Positions 1 to 9,066 are shown, counted from the first letter of the stretch. The stretch: 45,733 nt of DNA from Nitrospinota bacterium (GCA_046581755.1 JAYGFR010000038.1:1-45733), one strand, 5' to 3'. Notes: generated from the letters alone by a model not told the origin. Program-made: numbers and translations.

Positions 1-46
1 GTGGTCGAGACGCCATAATTCGCGTGTCTCTGCAGGGTCTCGGGTC

Positions 47-58
47 TTGTGGTAGAGT
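47..58 (+). promoter_or_regulatory. Putative extended -10 promoter (TG-N-TAGAGT) for the ABC transporter operon
   Basis: TTGTGGTAGAGT about 45 nt upstream of the TTG start; the same TTGTGGTA core occurs upstream of egtD (2441). Confidence 0.35.
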
Positions 59-103
59 GAACGTAAAGTTTTAAAGTAAGTGATATTCTTTTGGAGATTT
101 CGT

Positions 104-847
104 TTGCTCGAACTCGCTGGAGTATCCAAATCCTTCGGCGATTTGCAGGTGGTCAAGCCTCTTTCGCTGAAGATAGAGCCGGGAAAAACGAGTGTCCTGA
201 TCGGGCAGAGCGGGTGCGGCAAAAGCACGCTGCTCCGGCTCATGGTCGGCCTTATCCCGCCGGATGAGGGCGATGTTTTTCTGGACGGCGAGCGTATCGA
301 GCCTTCGAACGTTCTCGCCCTGCGCCAAAAGCTGGGCTACGTGATCCAGGCCGGCGGCCTCTTCCCCCATCTCACGGCCCACGACAACGCCTCCCTGATG
401 GCCCAATACCTGGGCTGGGAAAAAGAGAAGATCGACCGGCGCATCGGTGAGCTGGCCGAACTGACCCACCTTCCCAGAGAATCCCTCGGCCGGTTTCCCG
501 GCCAGCTCTCGGGCGGCCAGCGCCAGCGCGTCAGCCTCATGCGCGCGCTCATGCTCGAGCCCGAGGTGTTGCTTCTCGACGAGCCCCTGGGCGCTCTCGA
601 CCCGATGATCCGCCGCGACCTGCAGGACGACCTCCGGGCCATTTTTCTGGAACTGACGACAACGGTGATCATCGTCACGCACGATATCGGCGAGGCGGGT
701 TTTTTCGGAGACACGATATTTCTGATGCAGGACGGGAAAATCCTCCAGCGGGGGACCCTGGAGGATCTGGTCCGGCGGCCGGAGGATGAATTTGTGAGCA
801 CCTTCATCAACGCCCAGCGAAGCCCACTCGAGTCGGTCGGCGGATGA
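104..847 (+). CDS. ABC transporter ATP-binding subunit, osmoprotectant/betaine (OpuA/OsmV/EgtV-like) class
   Basis: Walker A GQSGCGKST, signature LSGGQ, Walker B LLLDEP, H-loop VTHD; TTG start at 104 follows a GGAG SD; overlaps the next gene at ATGA. Confidence 0.9.
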   Translation: MLELAGVSKSFGDLQVVKPLSLKIEPGKTSVLIGQSGCGKSTLLRLMVGLIPPDEGDVFLDGERIEPSNVLALRQKLGYVIQAGGLFPHLTAHDNASLMAQYLGWEKEKIDRRIGELAELTHLPRESLGRFPGQLSGGQRQRVSLMRALMLEPEVLLLDEPLGALDPMIRRDLQDDLRAIFLELTTTVIIVTHDIGEAGFFGDTIFLMQDGKILQRGTLEDLVRRPEDEFVSTFINAQRSPLESVGG

Positions 848-2352
848 GGCGCCTCGGCGGTGGAATGATCCGGTTGGGGCTGGCCCTCTGGCTCTGCGCC
901 GCTCCGGGCCTGGCCTCGGGCGCGACGATCAAGGTCGGCTCCAAGAAATTCACCGAATCCGTCATCCTGGGGGACATCCTCACCGGCCTGGTGCGCGACG
1001 CCGGCTCGGACGCTGTGCACCGCCGCGAGGTGGGCGGCACGGCCGTCCTCTGGAAGGGCCTCCTCGCGGGCGAGATCGACATCTACACCGAATACACCGG
1101 CACCATCATCCAGGAAATCCTGTCCGGCCAAAAACTCAAGAGCGATGGCGAAATCCACGCGGCGCTGAAAAAGCACGGCATCCTGATGAGCCGGCCCCTG
1201 GGCTTCAACAACACCTACGCCATCGGGATGAAAAAGAAGGCGGCGAAAAAATACGGCATCCATAAAATCTCCGACCTCCGGAAGTACCCGGCCTTTAAGT
1301 TCGGCTTCTCGAACGAGTTCATGAAACGCGGCGACGGTTGGCCCGGCCTGCGGCAGAGGTACCGCCTGTCGCAAAAATCCGTGCGCGGCCTCGATCACGA
1401 CCTCGCCTACCGGGCGCTCGGAGGCGATAGCATCCAGGTCATCGATCTCTATTCCACCGACGCCGGCATCCGGTATTACAACCTGCTCACCCTCGATGAC
1501 GATCTGAAATATTTCCCCACCTACAACGCCGTCATCCTCTACCGCGAAGTGCTCCTGAAAACGGCCCCCGAGGCCGTGCGCGCCATCCTCCGGATGGAGG
1601 GGCGCATCGATGAGATCACCATGATCGGGATGAACTCGCGGGCCAAGGTGAAAAAAGTGCCCGAAACCCGCATCGCCTCGGAATTTCTCTCAGAGGCGAT
1701 GGGCGTCCAATCGCTGGTCAGCGAAGAGACCGCCTGGGAGCGGTTCGTGCGCAACACGTGGGACCATCTCTACCTGGTGGCGGTTTCCTTGGGCGCGGCC
1801 ATTCTCGTCTCGCTGCCGCTGGGGATTCTGGCCGCCCGGAGCGCCATGGCGGGCCAGATCATTCTCGGGGTCATCGGGGTCGTCCAGACGATCCCATCGC
1901 TCGCCCTGTTGGTGTTCATGATCCCCCTTCTGGGCATCGGCGGCCCGCCGGCCATGGTGGCCCTATTTCTCTACAGCCTGCTTCCCATCGTTCGGAACAC
2001 CTATACCGGGCTGAACGACATTCCCACCGAAATCCGGGAATCGGCCGAGGCGCTGGGCCTTCCCCCGCTCTCGCGCCTCCGGCTGGTCATGCTGCCCATC
2101 GCCTCCCGCTCCATCCTGGGGGGGATCAAGACCTCATCGGTCATCAACGTGGGCACGGCGACGCTGGGCGCCCTGATCGGCGCCGGCGGATACGGACAGC
2201 CCATCCTCACGGGTATACGCCTCGATGACGTAGGCCTCATCCTTCAGGGAGCGATTCCGGCCGCCGGCCTGGCCGTAATCGTTCAGCTCCTCTTCGACCT
2301 GGCCGAGCGCTTCCTGGTCTCCGAGGGGCTGCGCCTCAAGCCCGCGTCCTGA
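844..2352 (+). CDS. Fused substrate-binding protein + permease of a glycine betaine/choline/ergothioneine-type ABC transporter
   Basis: Signal peptide; OpuAC-type binding-domain motifs (VGSKKFTE, EYTGT, FNNTYA, R-x-DG, YSTD); C-terminal permease with QTIPSLAL, EAA-like loop ESAEALG and GAGGYG. Confidence 0.88.
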   Translation: MRRLGGGMIRLGLALWLCAAPGLASGATIKVGSKKFTESVILGDILTGLVRDAGSDAVHRREVGGTAVLWKGLLAGEIDIYTEYTGTIIQEILSGQKLKSDGEIHAALKKHGILMSRPLGFNNTYAIGMKKKAAKKYGIHKISDLRKYPAFKFGFSNEFMKRGDGWPGLRQRYRLSQKSVRGLDHDLAYRALGGDSIQVIDLYSTDAGIRYYNLLTLDDDLKYFPTYNAVILYREVLLKTAPEAVRAILRMEGRIDEITMIGMNSRAKVKKVPETRIASEFLSEAMGVQSLVSEETAWERFVRNTWDHLYLVAVSLGAAILVSLPLGILAARSAMAGQIILGVIGVVQTIPSLALLVFMIPLLGIGGPPAMVALFLYSLLPIVRNTYTGLNDIPTEIRESAEALGLPPLSRLRLVMLPIASRSILGGIKTSSVINVGTATLGALIGAGGYGQPILTGIRLDDVGLILQGAIPAAGLAVIVQLLFDLAERFLVSEGLRLKPAS

Positions 2353-2440
2353 CCGTCCTGACCGGGCGGGGCGGACTCGCACTGGGAACCTTGGGGCAAT
2401 CAGGGCCGCCCCCCGCCGCCTCTGTCGAATGCTCCGCGCC

Positions 2441-2452
2441 TTGTGGTATCCT
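2441..2452 (+). promoter_or_regulatory. Putative extended -10 promoter (TG-N-TATCCT) upstream of egtD
   Basis: TTGTGGTATCCT in the intergenic region. Confidence 0.3.
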
Positions 2453-2638
2453 CCCCCCATCCAAGCATGCTTCTCCCGCCTTCGAGAAGTTTTTTGCGCG
2501 CCCGAACGCCGCGCTCCGCGCCAACGACAGGATACCGGCCGCCGCCGGGACGCTCCCGGCTGCGTTTATTCGAAAAAGGGATTTTCCTCGGTCGGGGCGG
2601 CTTCACAGGGGCGGAGCGTTTTCTTCAAGGGGTTTCAT

Positions 2639-3607
2639 GTGGAGTCCGGCGAATCCATCCGGCTGGTCGATTACGAGCCGACGGTGGCCACTTTTCTCGA
2701 AGAGGCGCGGGCCGGACTCGCAAAGCCCCAGAAGACGCTTCCGTGCAAATTTTTCTACGACGAGCGCGGCTCCGCTCTCTTCGTCCGCATCTGCGAGTTG
2801 GATGAGTACTATCTGACCCGCACCGAGATATTCATCATGCGCGCGCACGCCCTCGAGATGGGGAAGGCCATCGGGCCCGGGTGCGCCCTGATCGAATACG
2901 GAATCGGCTCCGCTCTGAAGACCCGCATTTTACTGGATCACCTCAAAAATCCGGCGGCCTGCATTCCGGTGGATATTTCGCGCAGCTATCTCCTGCGCTC
3001 GGCCTCGGAGCTTGCGAGGGATTTTCCGGCGATCGAAATTTTGCCGGTTTGCGCGAATTTCTCCGAGCCCTTCGAGGTTCCCGAAACCCGCCGGGAGCTC
3101 GAGCGGGCCGTCGCCTATTTTCCGGGCTCGACGATCGGCAACCTTTCGCCGGCCGAGGCGGCCGCTTTGTTGGGAAACATGGCCGCAACCTGCGGAAGTG
3201 GGGGCGGCCTTTTGATCGGAATCGACCTCATCAAGGATACCGCGCTGCTCGAGGCCGCTTACAACGACAGCCAGGGGGTGACGGCCGCGTTCAACAAAAA
3301 CATCCTCGTCCGCATGAACCGGGAGCTGGGCGCGAACTTCGACCTAGAAAAATTCGATCACCTGGCCTTCTACAACGAAGCCGAGCGCCGGGTCGAAAGC
3401 CATCTGGTGAGCCGGGCGAATCAGCGGGTGCGGCTGGGGGAGGAGGAATTCGCCTTTCAGGAAGGCGAGACTATCCATTCCGAAAATTCACAGAAGTACG
3501 ACATCGAGGATTTTTCGGCCTTCGCCGCCGGATGCGGCTTCCGGCGGGAGGGGGTGTGGACGGATGCCAGAGATATGTTCGCCGTCCTGTTTTTGAGCCT
3601 GGAATAA
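2639..3607 (+). CDS. egtD: L-histidine N-alpha-trimethyltransferase (hercynine synthase)
   Basis: Motifs LPCKFFYDERGS, EYYLTRTE, IEYGIGS, FPGSTIGN, AYNDSQGVTAAFNKN, HSENSQKY; GTG start at 2639 after AAGGGG (the ORF-track start at 2429 is too long). Confidence 0.92.
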   Translation: MESGESIRLVDYEPTVATFLEEARAGLAKPQKTLPCKFFYDERGSALFVRICELDEYYLTRTEIFIMRAHALEMGKAIGPGCALIEYGIGSALKTRILLDHLKNPAACIPVDISRSYLLRSASELARDFPAIEILPVCANFSEPFEVPETRRELERAVAYFPGSTIGNLSPAEAAALLGNMAATCGSGGGLLIGIDLIKDTALLEAAYNDSQGVTAAFNKNILVRMNRELGANFDLEKFDHLAFYNEAERRVESHLVSRANQRVRLGEEEFAFQEGETIHSENSQKYDIEDFSAFAAGCGFRREGVWTDARDMFAVLFLSLE

Positions 3608-3614
3608 GGGGCGG

Positions 3615-4568
3615 TCAGGCCGTCAGGCCGGAGAGCAACGCCTCCCAGCATTTGCGCTCGTGCGAGGGCTTGACGATGCTCTTGAGGCGTTCGTTCCATT
3701 TCTTCAGTTCGCGGTAAAAATCGGCGTCCTTCTCCGCCCGCTCCAGCATCGAAGCCAGCCCGTCCGTATCCTTGACCTCGAAATAGCCCGGATAATCCTC
3801 CCCGAGCAGGCCAATCGAGCCCGAGATGCGCGAGGCGATGGTCGGAATGGCGCAGGCGATGGCCTCGCACAGAACGTTGGCGCCACCCTCCATCTCGGAG
3901 CTGAGCACGTGCAGCCGGCTGCGCGAGAGGAGCCGGAGCGCCTTCCAGCGGGGAACCTCGCCGATCCAGCGGTAGCGCGGGTTCGTGGCCGCCTCGTCGC
4001 GCGCTCGATCCGCCATCTCCCGGCTCAGGGCGCCCCCCATCTGGAGCACCTCGATTTTCGAGGAGGCGTTCAGAAGGCGCGCGGCCTCCGCCGCCCGGAA
4101 GGGGTCCTTGACCGGCCTCAGATGGCCGACCACGCAAACCTCGAACGCGCTTTTCCGGGGCCGGAAAACTCCGGCGGGCACCTTGACCGACTGGACGATG
4201 ACGTGGACTTTTTCTCGGAGGCGCTCGGGCAACTCGCGGAGGCCCATCGATTGAAGCACGATCAGGCGGTCGGCCAGATCGATCGAAAGCTGCGCATCGG
4301 CGTTGGTGCGGATGTCCTTATAGAGGTCGGTGCCGGTGAGGGCGACGATCAGGGGCCGGTCCGGATGATCTTCCCGGAACCGTTTGATCGAGCGAGCGCT
4401 CCGCTTGGCGTGAAGGCCCACCATCAGGTCGCACTCGCGCCCATGGTATTCCTCCTCGATGCGGACGCTGTGGCCCAAATCGCGAAAATGGCGCGACCAC
4501 CTGACCGCGGTAATGCGGTTTCCCTTGCGGGAGCGGGGCGGCGCTGGCGTGATTAGAGAAATCTTCAT
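3615..4568 (-). CDS. senB: Selenosugar synthase (GT-B glycosyltransferase) of selenoneine biosynthesis
   Basis: N-terminus ITPAPPRSRKGNRITAVRW, LHAKRS, LTGTDLY, VGHLRPVKDP, SEMEGGANV; directly downstream of the senA-like gene; ATG at 4568. Confidence 0.85.
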   Translation of the reverse strand: MKISLITPAPPRSRKGNRITAVRWSRHFRDLGHSVRIEEEYHGRECDLMVGLHAKRSARSIKRFREDHPDRPLIVALTGTDLYKDIRTNADAQLSIDLADRLIVLQSMGLRELPERLREKVHVIVQSVKVPAGVFRPRKSAFEVCVVGHLRPVKDPFRAAEAARLLNASSKIEVLQMGGALSREMADRARDEAATNPRYRWIGEVPRWKALRLLSRSRLHVLSSEMEGGANVLCEAIACAIPTIASRISGSIGLLGEDYPGYFEVKDTDGLASMLERAEKDADFYRELKKWNERLKSIVKPSHERKCWEALLSGLTA

Positions 4569-4588
4569 CGGCCTTTTTCGGGCGGCGC

Positions 4589-5899
4589 CTATAGGGCGCA
4601 GGTCCGGAACCCCGTCCAGACATCCTTGCGCTCGGGAGTGAAATAGTTTCGGTAAAGGTTCCGCGCCAGCCGGGAGCGGGTGGGCCATGCCCCTCCGCGA
4701 AGAACCCGGCGCGTGTAGAACCATGGCTCGGAGTAGTCCTTGTAATCGTCCGCAACGAATCCCGGGAAGGGGGCGAATTCAGAAGAAGTCCACTCCCAGG
4801 TGTTCCCGAGCATTTGGCGGCAACCGAAGGCGCTGTCCCCCTTCGGGAAGGCGCCCACGTCCACGCAGCCCATATGGCGCCAGTCGAGGTTGGCCCGCTC
4901 GGGTGTGGACGGCTCGTCTCCCCAAGGGTAGCGCCGCTTCCGCTCCGTGAAGCCCGCGCCCGATGGGTCCGGCTCGCCCGATGCGGCGAGTTCCCACTCG
5001 GCCTCGGTCGGGAGGCGGCGGCCCGCCCAGCGGCAGTAGGCCTCGGCTTCATAAAAATTGATGTGAATCACGGGCCGGTGCGGCTCCAGTGGCACCCATC
5101 GATCGAAGTTCCGCCGCTCCCAGCCGCCAGTTCCAGCCCGCCAGTGGACCGGATGCAGAGAGTCCTCCTCCCCGCGCCAGTTCCAGCCCTCTTCGGTCCA
5201 GAGCGCCTCTTTTTGGTATCCGCCGTCATCGACGAAGGCGGCGAATTCGGCCTGGGTGACGGCCGCCCGGGCGATGGAGAAGGCCTCGATCGCGGCCGAA
5301 TGCGCCCATTTTTCGTTGTCGAAGGCGAAGGGCTCGTCCCGGGGCGTGCCCAGCATGTAGGTCCCGCCCGGAATTTTGACGTCGCCGGGGAGGGGGCCGC
5401 CGCCGATGTCCTCTTTCGTGCGGGTGCGCCCGGTGAACTCCAGGAGCCCCGATGGAACCGGATAGCCCAGGGTTTGGCGGGTGTAGGAGAAGGCCTCGGT
5501 GTGCATGTCCTCGTGAAGGACGCCATACCTCACATGGTAGGCCTCCTCAGCGGTCAAATTTCCGCTGTCGATGCGCTCCAGGACCAGGTCCACGACCTGG
5601 TTCATGTAGGCGTAAGTTTCCGCCCGGGGCGGGAGGGGCAGGTCCCACCGCGTGTGGTGGTCAATTTCCGTGGAATCGTAGAGCTCGTCCTCGTTGCCCC
5701 GGATCGGCTCGTGGCCGTTGATGGCCCGGAGGAGCCATTTTCCCTGGAACCAGGCCATGTGGCCGATTTCCCAGAGCAAGGGGTTGACGCAGACGAGCTT
5801 CGGGCCGATGAGCTGGTCGTCCGACAGATCGGCCACCAGTTCGAGTGTCCGGTCGCGTGCGTCGCAAACCCAATCCGCGAGTTCGGCGGAATTTAGCAT
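4589..5899 (-). CDS. senA: Selenoneine synthase (EgtB-family non-heme iron enzyme; DinB + FGE-like domains)
   Basis: NPLLWEIGH and HEDMH iron-binding His residues, FAFDNEKWAH, RLPTEAEWE, GNTWEWT, DYSEPWF, YRNYFTPER...GFRTC; adjacency to senB favours SenA over EgtB. Confidence 0.85.
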   Translation of the reverse strand: MLNSAELADWVCDARDRTLELVADLSDDQLIGPKLVCVNPLLWEIGHMAWFQGKWLLRAINGHEPIRGNEDELYDSTEIDHHTRWDLPLPPRAETYAYMNQVVDLVLERIDSGNLTAEEAYHVRYGVLHEDMHTEAFSYTRQTLGYPVPSGLLEFTGRTRTKEDIGGGPLPGDVKIPGGTYMLGTPRDEPFAFDNEKWAHSAAIEAFSIARAAVTQAEFAAFVDDGGYQKEALWTEEGWNWRGEEDSLHPVHWRAGTGGWERRNFDRWVPLEPHRPVIHINFYEAEAYCRWAGRRLPTEAEWELAASGEPDPSGAGFTERKRRYPWGDEPSTPERANLDWRHMGCVDVGAFPKGDSAFGCRQMLGNTWEWTSSEFAPFPGFVADDYKDYSEPWFYTRRVLRGGAWPTRSRLARNLYRNYFTPERKDVWTGFRTCAL

Positions 5900-6079
5900 T
5901 CAGTGCTCTCCATGTGTTCTGGATGGCGGTGCAAAACGAAATGAGATTTTACTGACTCTCCCCCCCGCCTGTCCAATCCGGGTCCGGAATCACCCCGGAA
6001 GGGCAATTCTCGTGGACCCTGACGGGGATTTCCGGGATGATGGAGAAATTGCGGACTCCATGATTCCGGAGGTTTTTCG

Positions 6080-6466
6080 ATGAAAATTTCCTCGATCGAT
6101 CATTTTGTCCTGACGGTTCGCTCGATTCCGGACACCTGCGCCTTCTACGAGCGGGTTCTGGGGATGAAGGCCGTGGAATTCGGCGGCGGAAGGTGGGCGC
6201 TGGCCTTTGGCCGCCAAAAGATCAACCTCCACCAGGCGGGCCGCGAATTCGAGCCCAGGGCCCAGGTCCCGATGCCCGGCGGGGGGGATTTTTGCCTGAT
6301 CGCCGATGAGCCGATGGAGGATGTCATGCGCGGGCTGGAGGAGGCCGGGGTTCCCATCGAGGAGGGTCCCGTCCCAAAATCGGGGGCCGTGGGGCCTCTC
6401 ACCTCCGTCTATATCCGCGATCCGGACGGCAATCTCGTCGAAATTTCCGAGTATAAAAAAGACTGA
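6080..6466 (+). CDS. VOC/glyoxalase family protein
   Basis: IDHFVLTV...FYERVLGM, KINLH, SVYIRDPDGNLVEI; GGAGG SD. Confidence 0.88.
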   Translation: MKISSIDHFVLTVRSIPDTCAFYERVLGMKAVEFGGGRWALAFGRQKINLHQAGREFEPRAQVPMPGGGDFCLIADEPMEDVMRGLEEAGVPIEEGPVPKSGAVGPLTSVYIRDPDGNLVEISEYKKD

Positions 6467-6469
6467 GCC

Positions 6470-7141
6470 TCATAGACGGTCGATGTCGCGCATGAGCATG
6501 AACCCTTCGGCGGCCTCGCAGCCCGCCATCGCGCCGTAAAGCGCCGCCCGCGCCCGCAGACCTTTTTCCGAGCGGGGAAAAGGGTGCGCTCTGAGCTCGC
6601 TCTCGTAGAGCCCCATGATCTCGATCTTGGCGTCTAGGTAGCCGGTGATGTCCACCAGCACATCAGGAACGAAGGGATCGCCCGGATGCGAAAAGTCCGT
6701 CTCCGAGGGCGTGTCGTACATCAGCACCCTTCGGACCGAGGGGAAGCGGAAGGATTTCGTGCACGACCAGCCGATGGCGTTGACGGCGTGGTGGTCGCTG
6801 TGGGCGTCGCTCCGGAAAGGAAGCAGGACGACCGAGGGCTCCGCTTCGCGGACCGCTCCGGCGATCCCGTCGTATAAATCCGTCTCGGAGACCCGGTGAA
6901 GCGCCGAGACCGGCATCTTCAGCCGGTGCACCCCCTCAAAACCGTAGCGCGCGGCAACGGCGTCGATCTCCCGCTCCCGCCGCCCGTCGGAGGCCTCGCC
7001 CGTTGAGTGCTGGCCATCGGTCACGAGCAGCCAGTGAAGCGCCCAGCCCTCGCCCGCGCGCCGGAGAAGCGTTCCGCCCGGCCCGATCGTTTCATCGTCC
7101 GGGTGGGGGGCGATGACGAGAAGTGTTCCTGGCTGTGCGAT
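6470..7141 (-). CDS. PIG-L/LmbE family N-acetylhexosamine deacetylase; probable ATC start
   Basis: Manual translation upstream of the ORF-track start gives IAQPGTLLVIAPHPDDETIGPGGTL (zinc motif HPDDE); DAHSDH second motif; YESEL...HPFPRS...EGF. Confidence 0.85.
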   Translation of the reverse strand: MAQPGTLLVIAPHPDDETIGPGGTLLRRAGEGWALHWLLVTDGQHSTGEASDGRREREIDAVAARYGFEGVHRLKMPVSALHRVSETDLYDGIAGAVREAEPSVVLLPFRSDAHSDHHAVNAIGWSCTKSFRFPSVRRVLMYDTPSETDFSHPGDPFVPDVLVDITGYLDAKIEIMGLYESELRAHPFPRSEKGLRARAALYGAMAGCEAAEGFMLMRDIDRL

Positions 7142-7191
7142 GACGGTTCTCCTTTAAAAAAAGATGGCCCTGCCTGTTTCCCTGCCGAGCT

Positions 7192-7968
7192 TCAGCGGCG
7201 TGCCTCGACGAGGACGACCTCCTTGGAGAGATTCAGCTCCTCCCAGCCGCAGGCCTCGATCTCGGCGGGCGATGGCGTCCGGCCCGCCTTTTGGCACGAT
7301 TCGCGGAAAAGAAGCGTCGCCCGGTAGTACTCGAAATATTCTCTCACCGAGGGAAATGCGATTGTCCGCGGCAGGCGCCGACTCGCCACCTCGGCGAACA
7401 GCGACTCGGCCGCGGGCAGGAACTCTTCTTCGATGCGGGAGGTCCGCCGCCGCGTCGGATCGTCGCTCTCGAAGCCGAAGATGAGTCGATTCAGGCGGTA
7501 GAGCCCCTCGGCGTTCCGCTCGGTGGGCCCGATCAGGTAGGCCCAGGCGCCCTCCTTTAACAAGGCGCGCATGGCCGCTATCGTTGCGCGCGCATCGTCG
7601 GCATAGTAGATGGAATAGGGCGCGACGGCGCAGCCGAAGGTTTCGGGCAAAAACGCGGAGAGATCGTTAAAATCCATTCGGAGGAGCATGGTGCGGCAGG
7701 CCACCTCCCGCTCGGCCGCCCGGGCGATGAGCTCCTCGTTCTTGTCGATGCCGAAGATGAGCCCGCTCCCGCCCAGCGCCCCCGCCCAGGTTTCGAACCA
7801 GTTGCCGTCGCCGCAGCCGATCTCGAGCAGCGCCCCGCCCGCCGGAATCCGGAGATTTTCGGCGAACCAGTCCTCGAGCTGGAAATTGGCGAACTCGGTG
7901 TGCGCCCGGATGCGGATGGCGAGATGATCCTTGACCTCATCGTAGGAAAGGTCGGGTGCCTGGGCCAT
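7192..7968 (-). CDS. Class I SAM-dependent methyltransferase
   Basis: LLEIGCGDG motif I, GIDKN motif II. Confidence 0.8.
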   Translation of the reverse strand: MAQAPDLSYDEVKDHLAIRIRAHTEFANFQLEDWFAENLRIPAGGALLEIGCGDGNWFETWAGALGGSGLIFGIDKNEELIARAAEREVACRTMLLRMDFNDLSAFLPETFGCAVAPYSIYYADDARATIAAMRALLKEGAWAYLIGPTERNAEGLYRLNRLIFGFESDDPTRRRTSRIEEEFLPAAESLFAEVASRRLPRTIAFPSVREYFEYYRATLLFRESCQKAGRTPSPAEIEACGWEELNLSKEVVLVEARR

Positions 7969-8046
7969 GCGCTCTGGGTTCCTTTTTTGGGGGCGGGGTG
8001 ATGAAACGATAACCGAAACCGGGGGCGGGCGTCACGCGGCCGGCCC

Positions 8047-9066
8047 TTATTCTCCCCCGGCGGGCAGCCCCCGCTCGCGGAGCAGATCCAGAATCTGGCC
8101 GAAGCGGACGGCGGTCGTATGGTCACGGCGGGCACGCGCCTGCCCCCGCCGGGCGATCCCGGCCCGCCCGGGCTCGTCGGCCAGGTAGCGGCGGATGAGG
8201 CCTTGAAGCTCCTCGCGGCTGCGGTAGGTCAGAATCTCCTCCTCCAGCTCGAAGATGCGCCCGATGTCGCGCTTGTGGTTGACGATCATCAGCGCCCCTG
8301 CGCCCATGTACTGGGCCACCTTGTCGTCCGGCCAGTAGAGCGCGCCGGCGCCGTGCTGGAGGTTGATGAGGATTTTGCTCGCCTGGAGGACCTTGAGCTT
8401 CTCGTCCCGGTCCAGCGCCCGCTGCATATGGACCCTCTCGCGGATCCAGGGGTCGGTGGCCTGCGCCCAGCGCGGGCCCCAGATGCGGAACGCCACGCCT
8501 TCGTCCGTCAAGCCCGAAAAAATCCGCTCGCGGAAGGGGTGGTAGCCCCCGATAAAGGCGACGTCCGCGCGGAAGGGGGCCAGCTCCTCGTCCGTGAACC
8601 TCGTTTCGAACTCCGAGGGGTCGTAGGCGTGGGGCAGGGCGGCGACGTTATCGAACCCGTAGAGCCGGAACTCTTCCTCGAAGTAGGTGTCCTTGGTGAC
8701 GAAGAGATCGTAGGCGCCGATGAGGCCGAAGGGCAGGGGCGGGGTATAGGCGCCAAAAGGGTTGTCCGGGAAAAAGCACACGGTCCGGCAGGGGCTCTCC
8801 CGGCGGATGCGCTCGAGCGTCTCCTCGGCGACGTAGCCTCCCCGGTGGACCAAGAGCAGATCGAATCCCTCGCGGACACACTTTTCGGCGAGGCGGTTGT
8901 TCATCCACCGGACCCAGGGTTTGCGGAAATTCGAGTAGAAAAAACTTTTCTTGCGGTAGTAGAAAACCTCCACCTCGTGGCCGAGCGACTGGATGCCCAG
9001 ATAAAAGCCGTAGGGTTCGTTCGAGGGCTGAAAGCTTTGATCGTTGGTGCAGAAAAGGACCTTCAT
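8047..9066 (-). CDS. Glycosyltransferase, CgeB/GT-B type
   Basis: FFPDNP, LPHAYDP, DVAFIGG, IWGPRW, SKILIN, RGQARARRDHT; ATG at 9066 overlaps the upstream stop. Confidence 0.8.
   Translation of the reverse strand: MKVLFCTNDQSFQPSNEPYGFYLGIQSLGHEVEVFYYRKKSFFYSNFRKPWVRWMNNRLAEKCVREGFDLLLVHRGGYVAEETLERIRRESPCRTVCFFPDNPFGAYTPPLPFGLIGAYDLFVTKDTYFEEEFRLYGFDNVAALPHAYDPSEFETRFTDEELAPFRADVAFIGGYHPFRERIFSGLTDEGVAFRIWGPRWAQATDPWIRERVHMQRALDRDEKLKVLQASKILINLQHGAGALYWPDDKVAQYMGAGALMIVNHKRDIGRIFELEEEILTYRSREELQGLIRRYLADEPGRAGIARRGQARARRDHTTAVRFGQILDLLRERGLPAGGE

Noticed and set aside
1..16. Start of a divergent gene (ATG GCG TCT CGA CCA) at the left edge
   Set aside because: Only five codons are visible and the SD is weak, so it cannot be supported as a feature
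104..5899. Selenocysteine (in-frame UGA) recoding or tRNA-Sec near the sen genes
   Set aside because: The proteins appear full length at their stops and I see no tRNA-like cloverleaf in the intergenic regions; not tested computationally
4589..5899. Formylglycine-generating enzyme serving the sulfatase at 32524-33981
   Set aside because: It has the N-terminal DinB-like iron-binding domain, lacks the FGE catalytic cysteine pair, and sits beside senB and egtD
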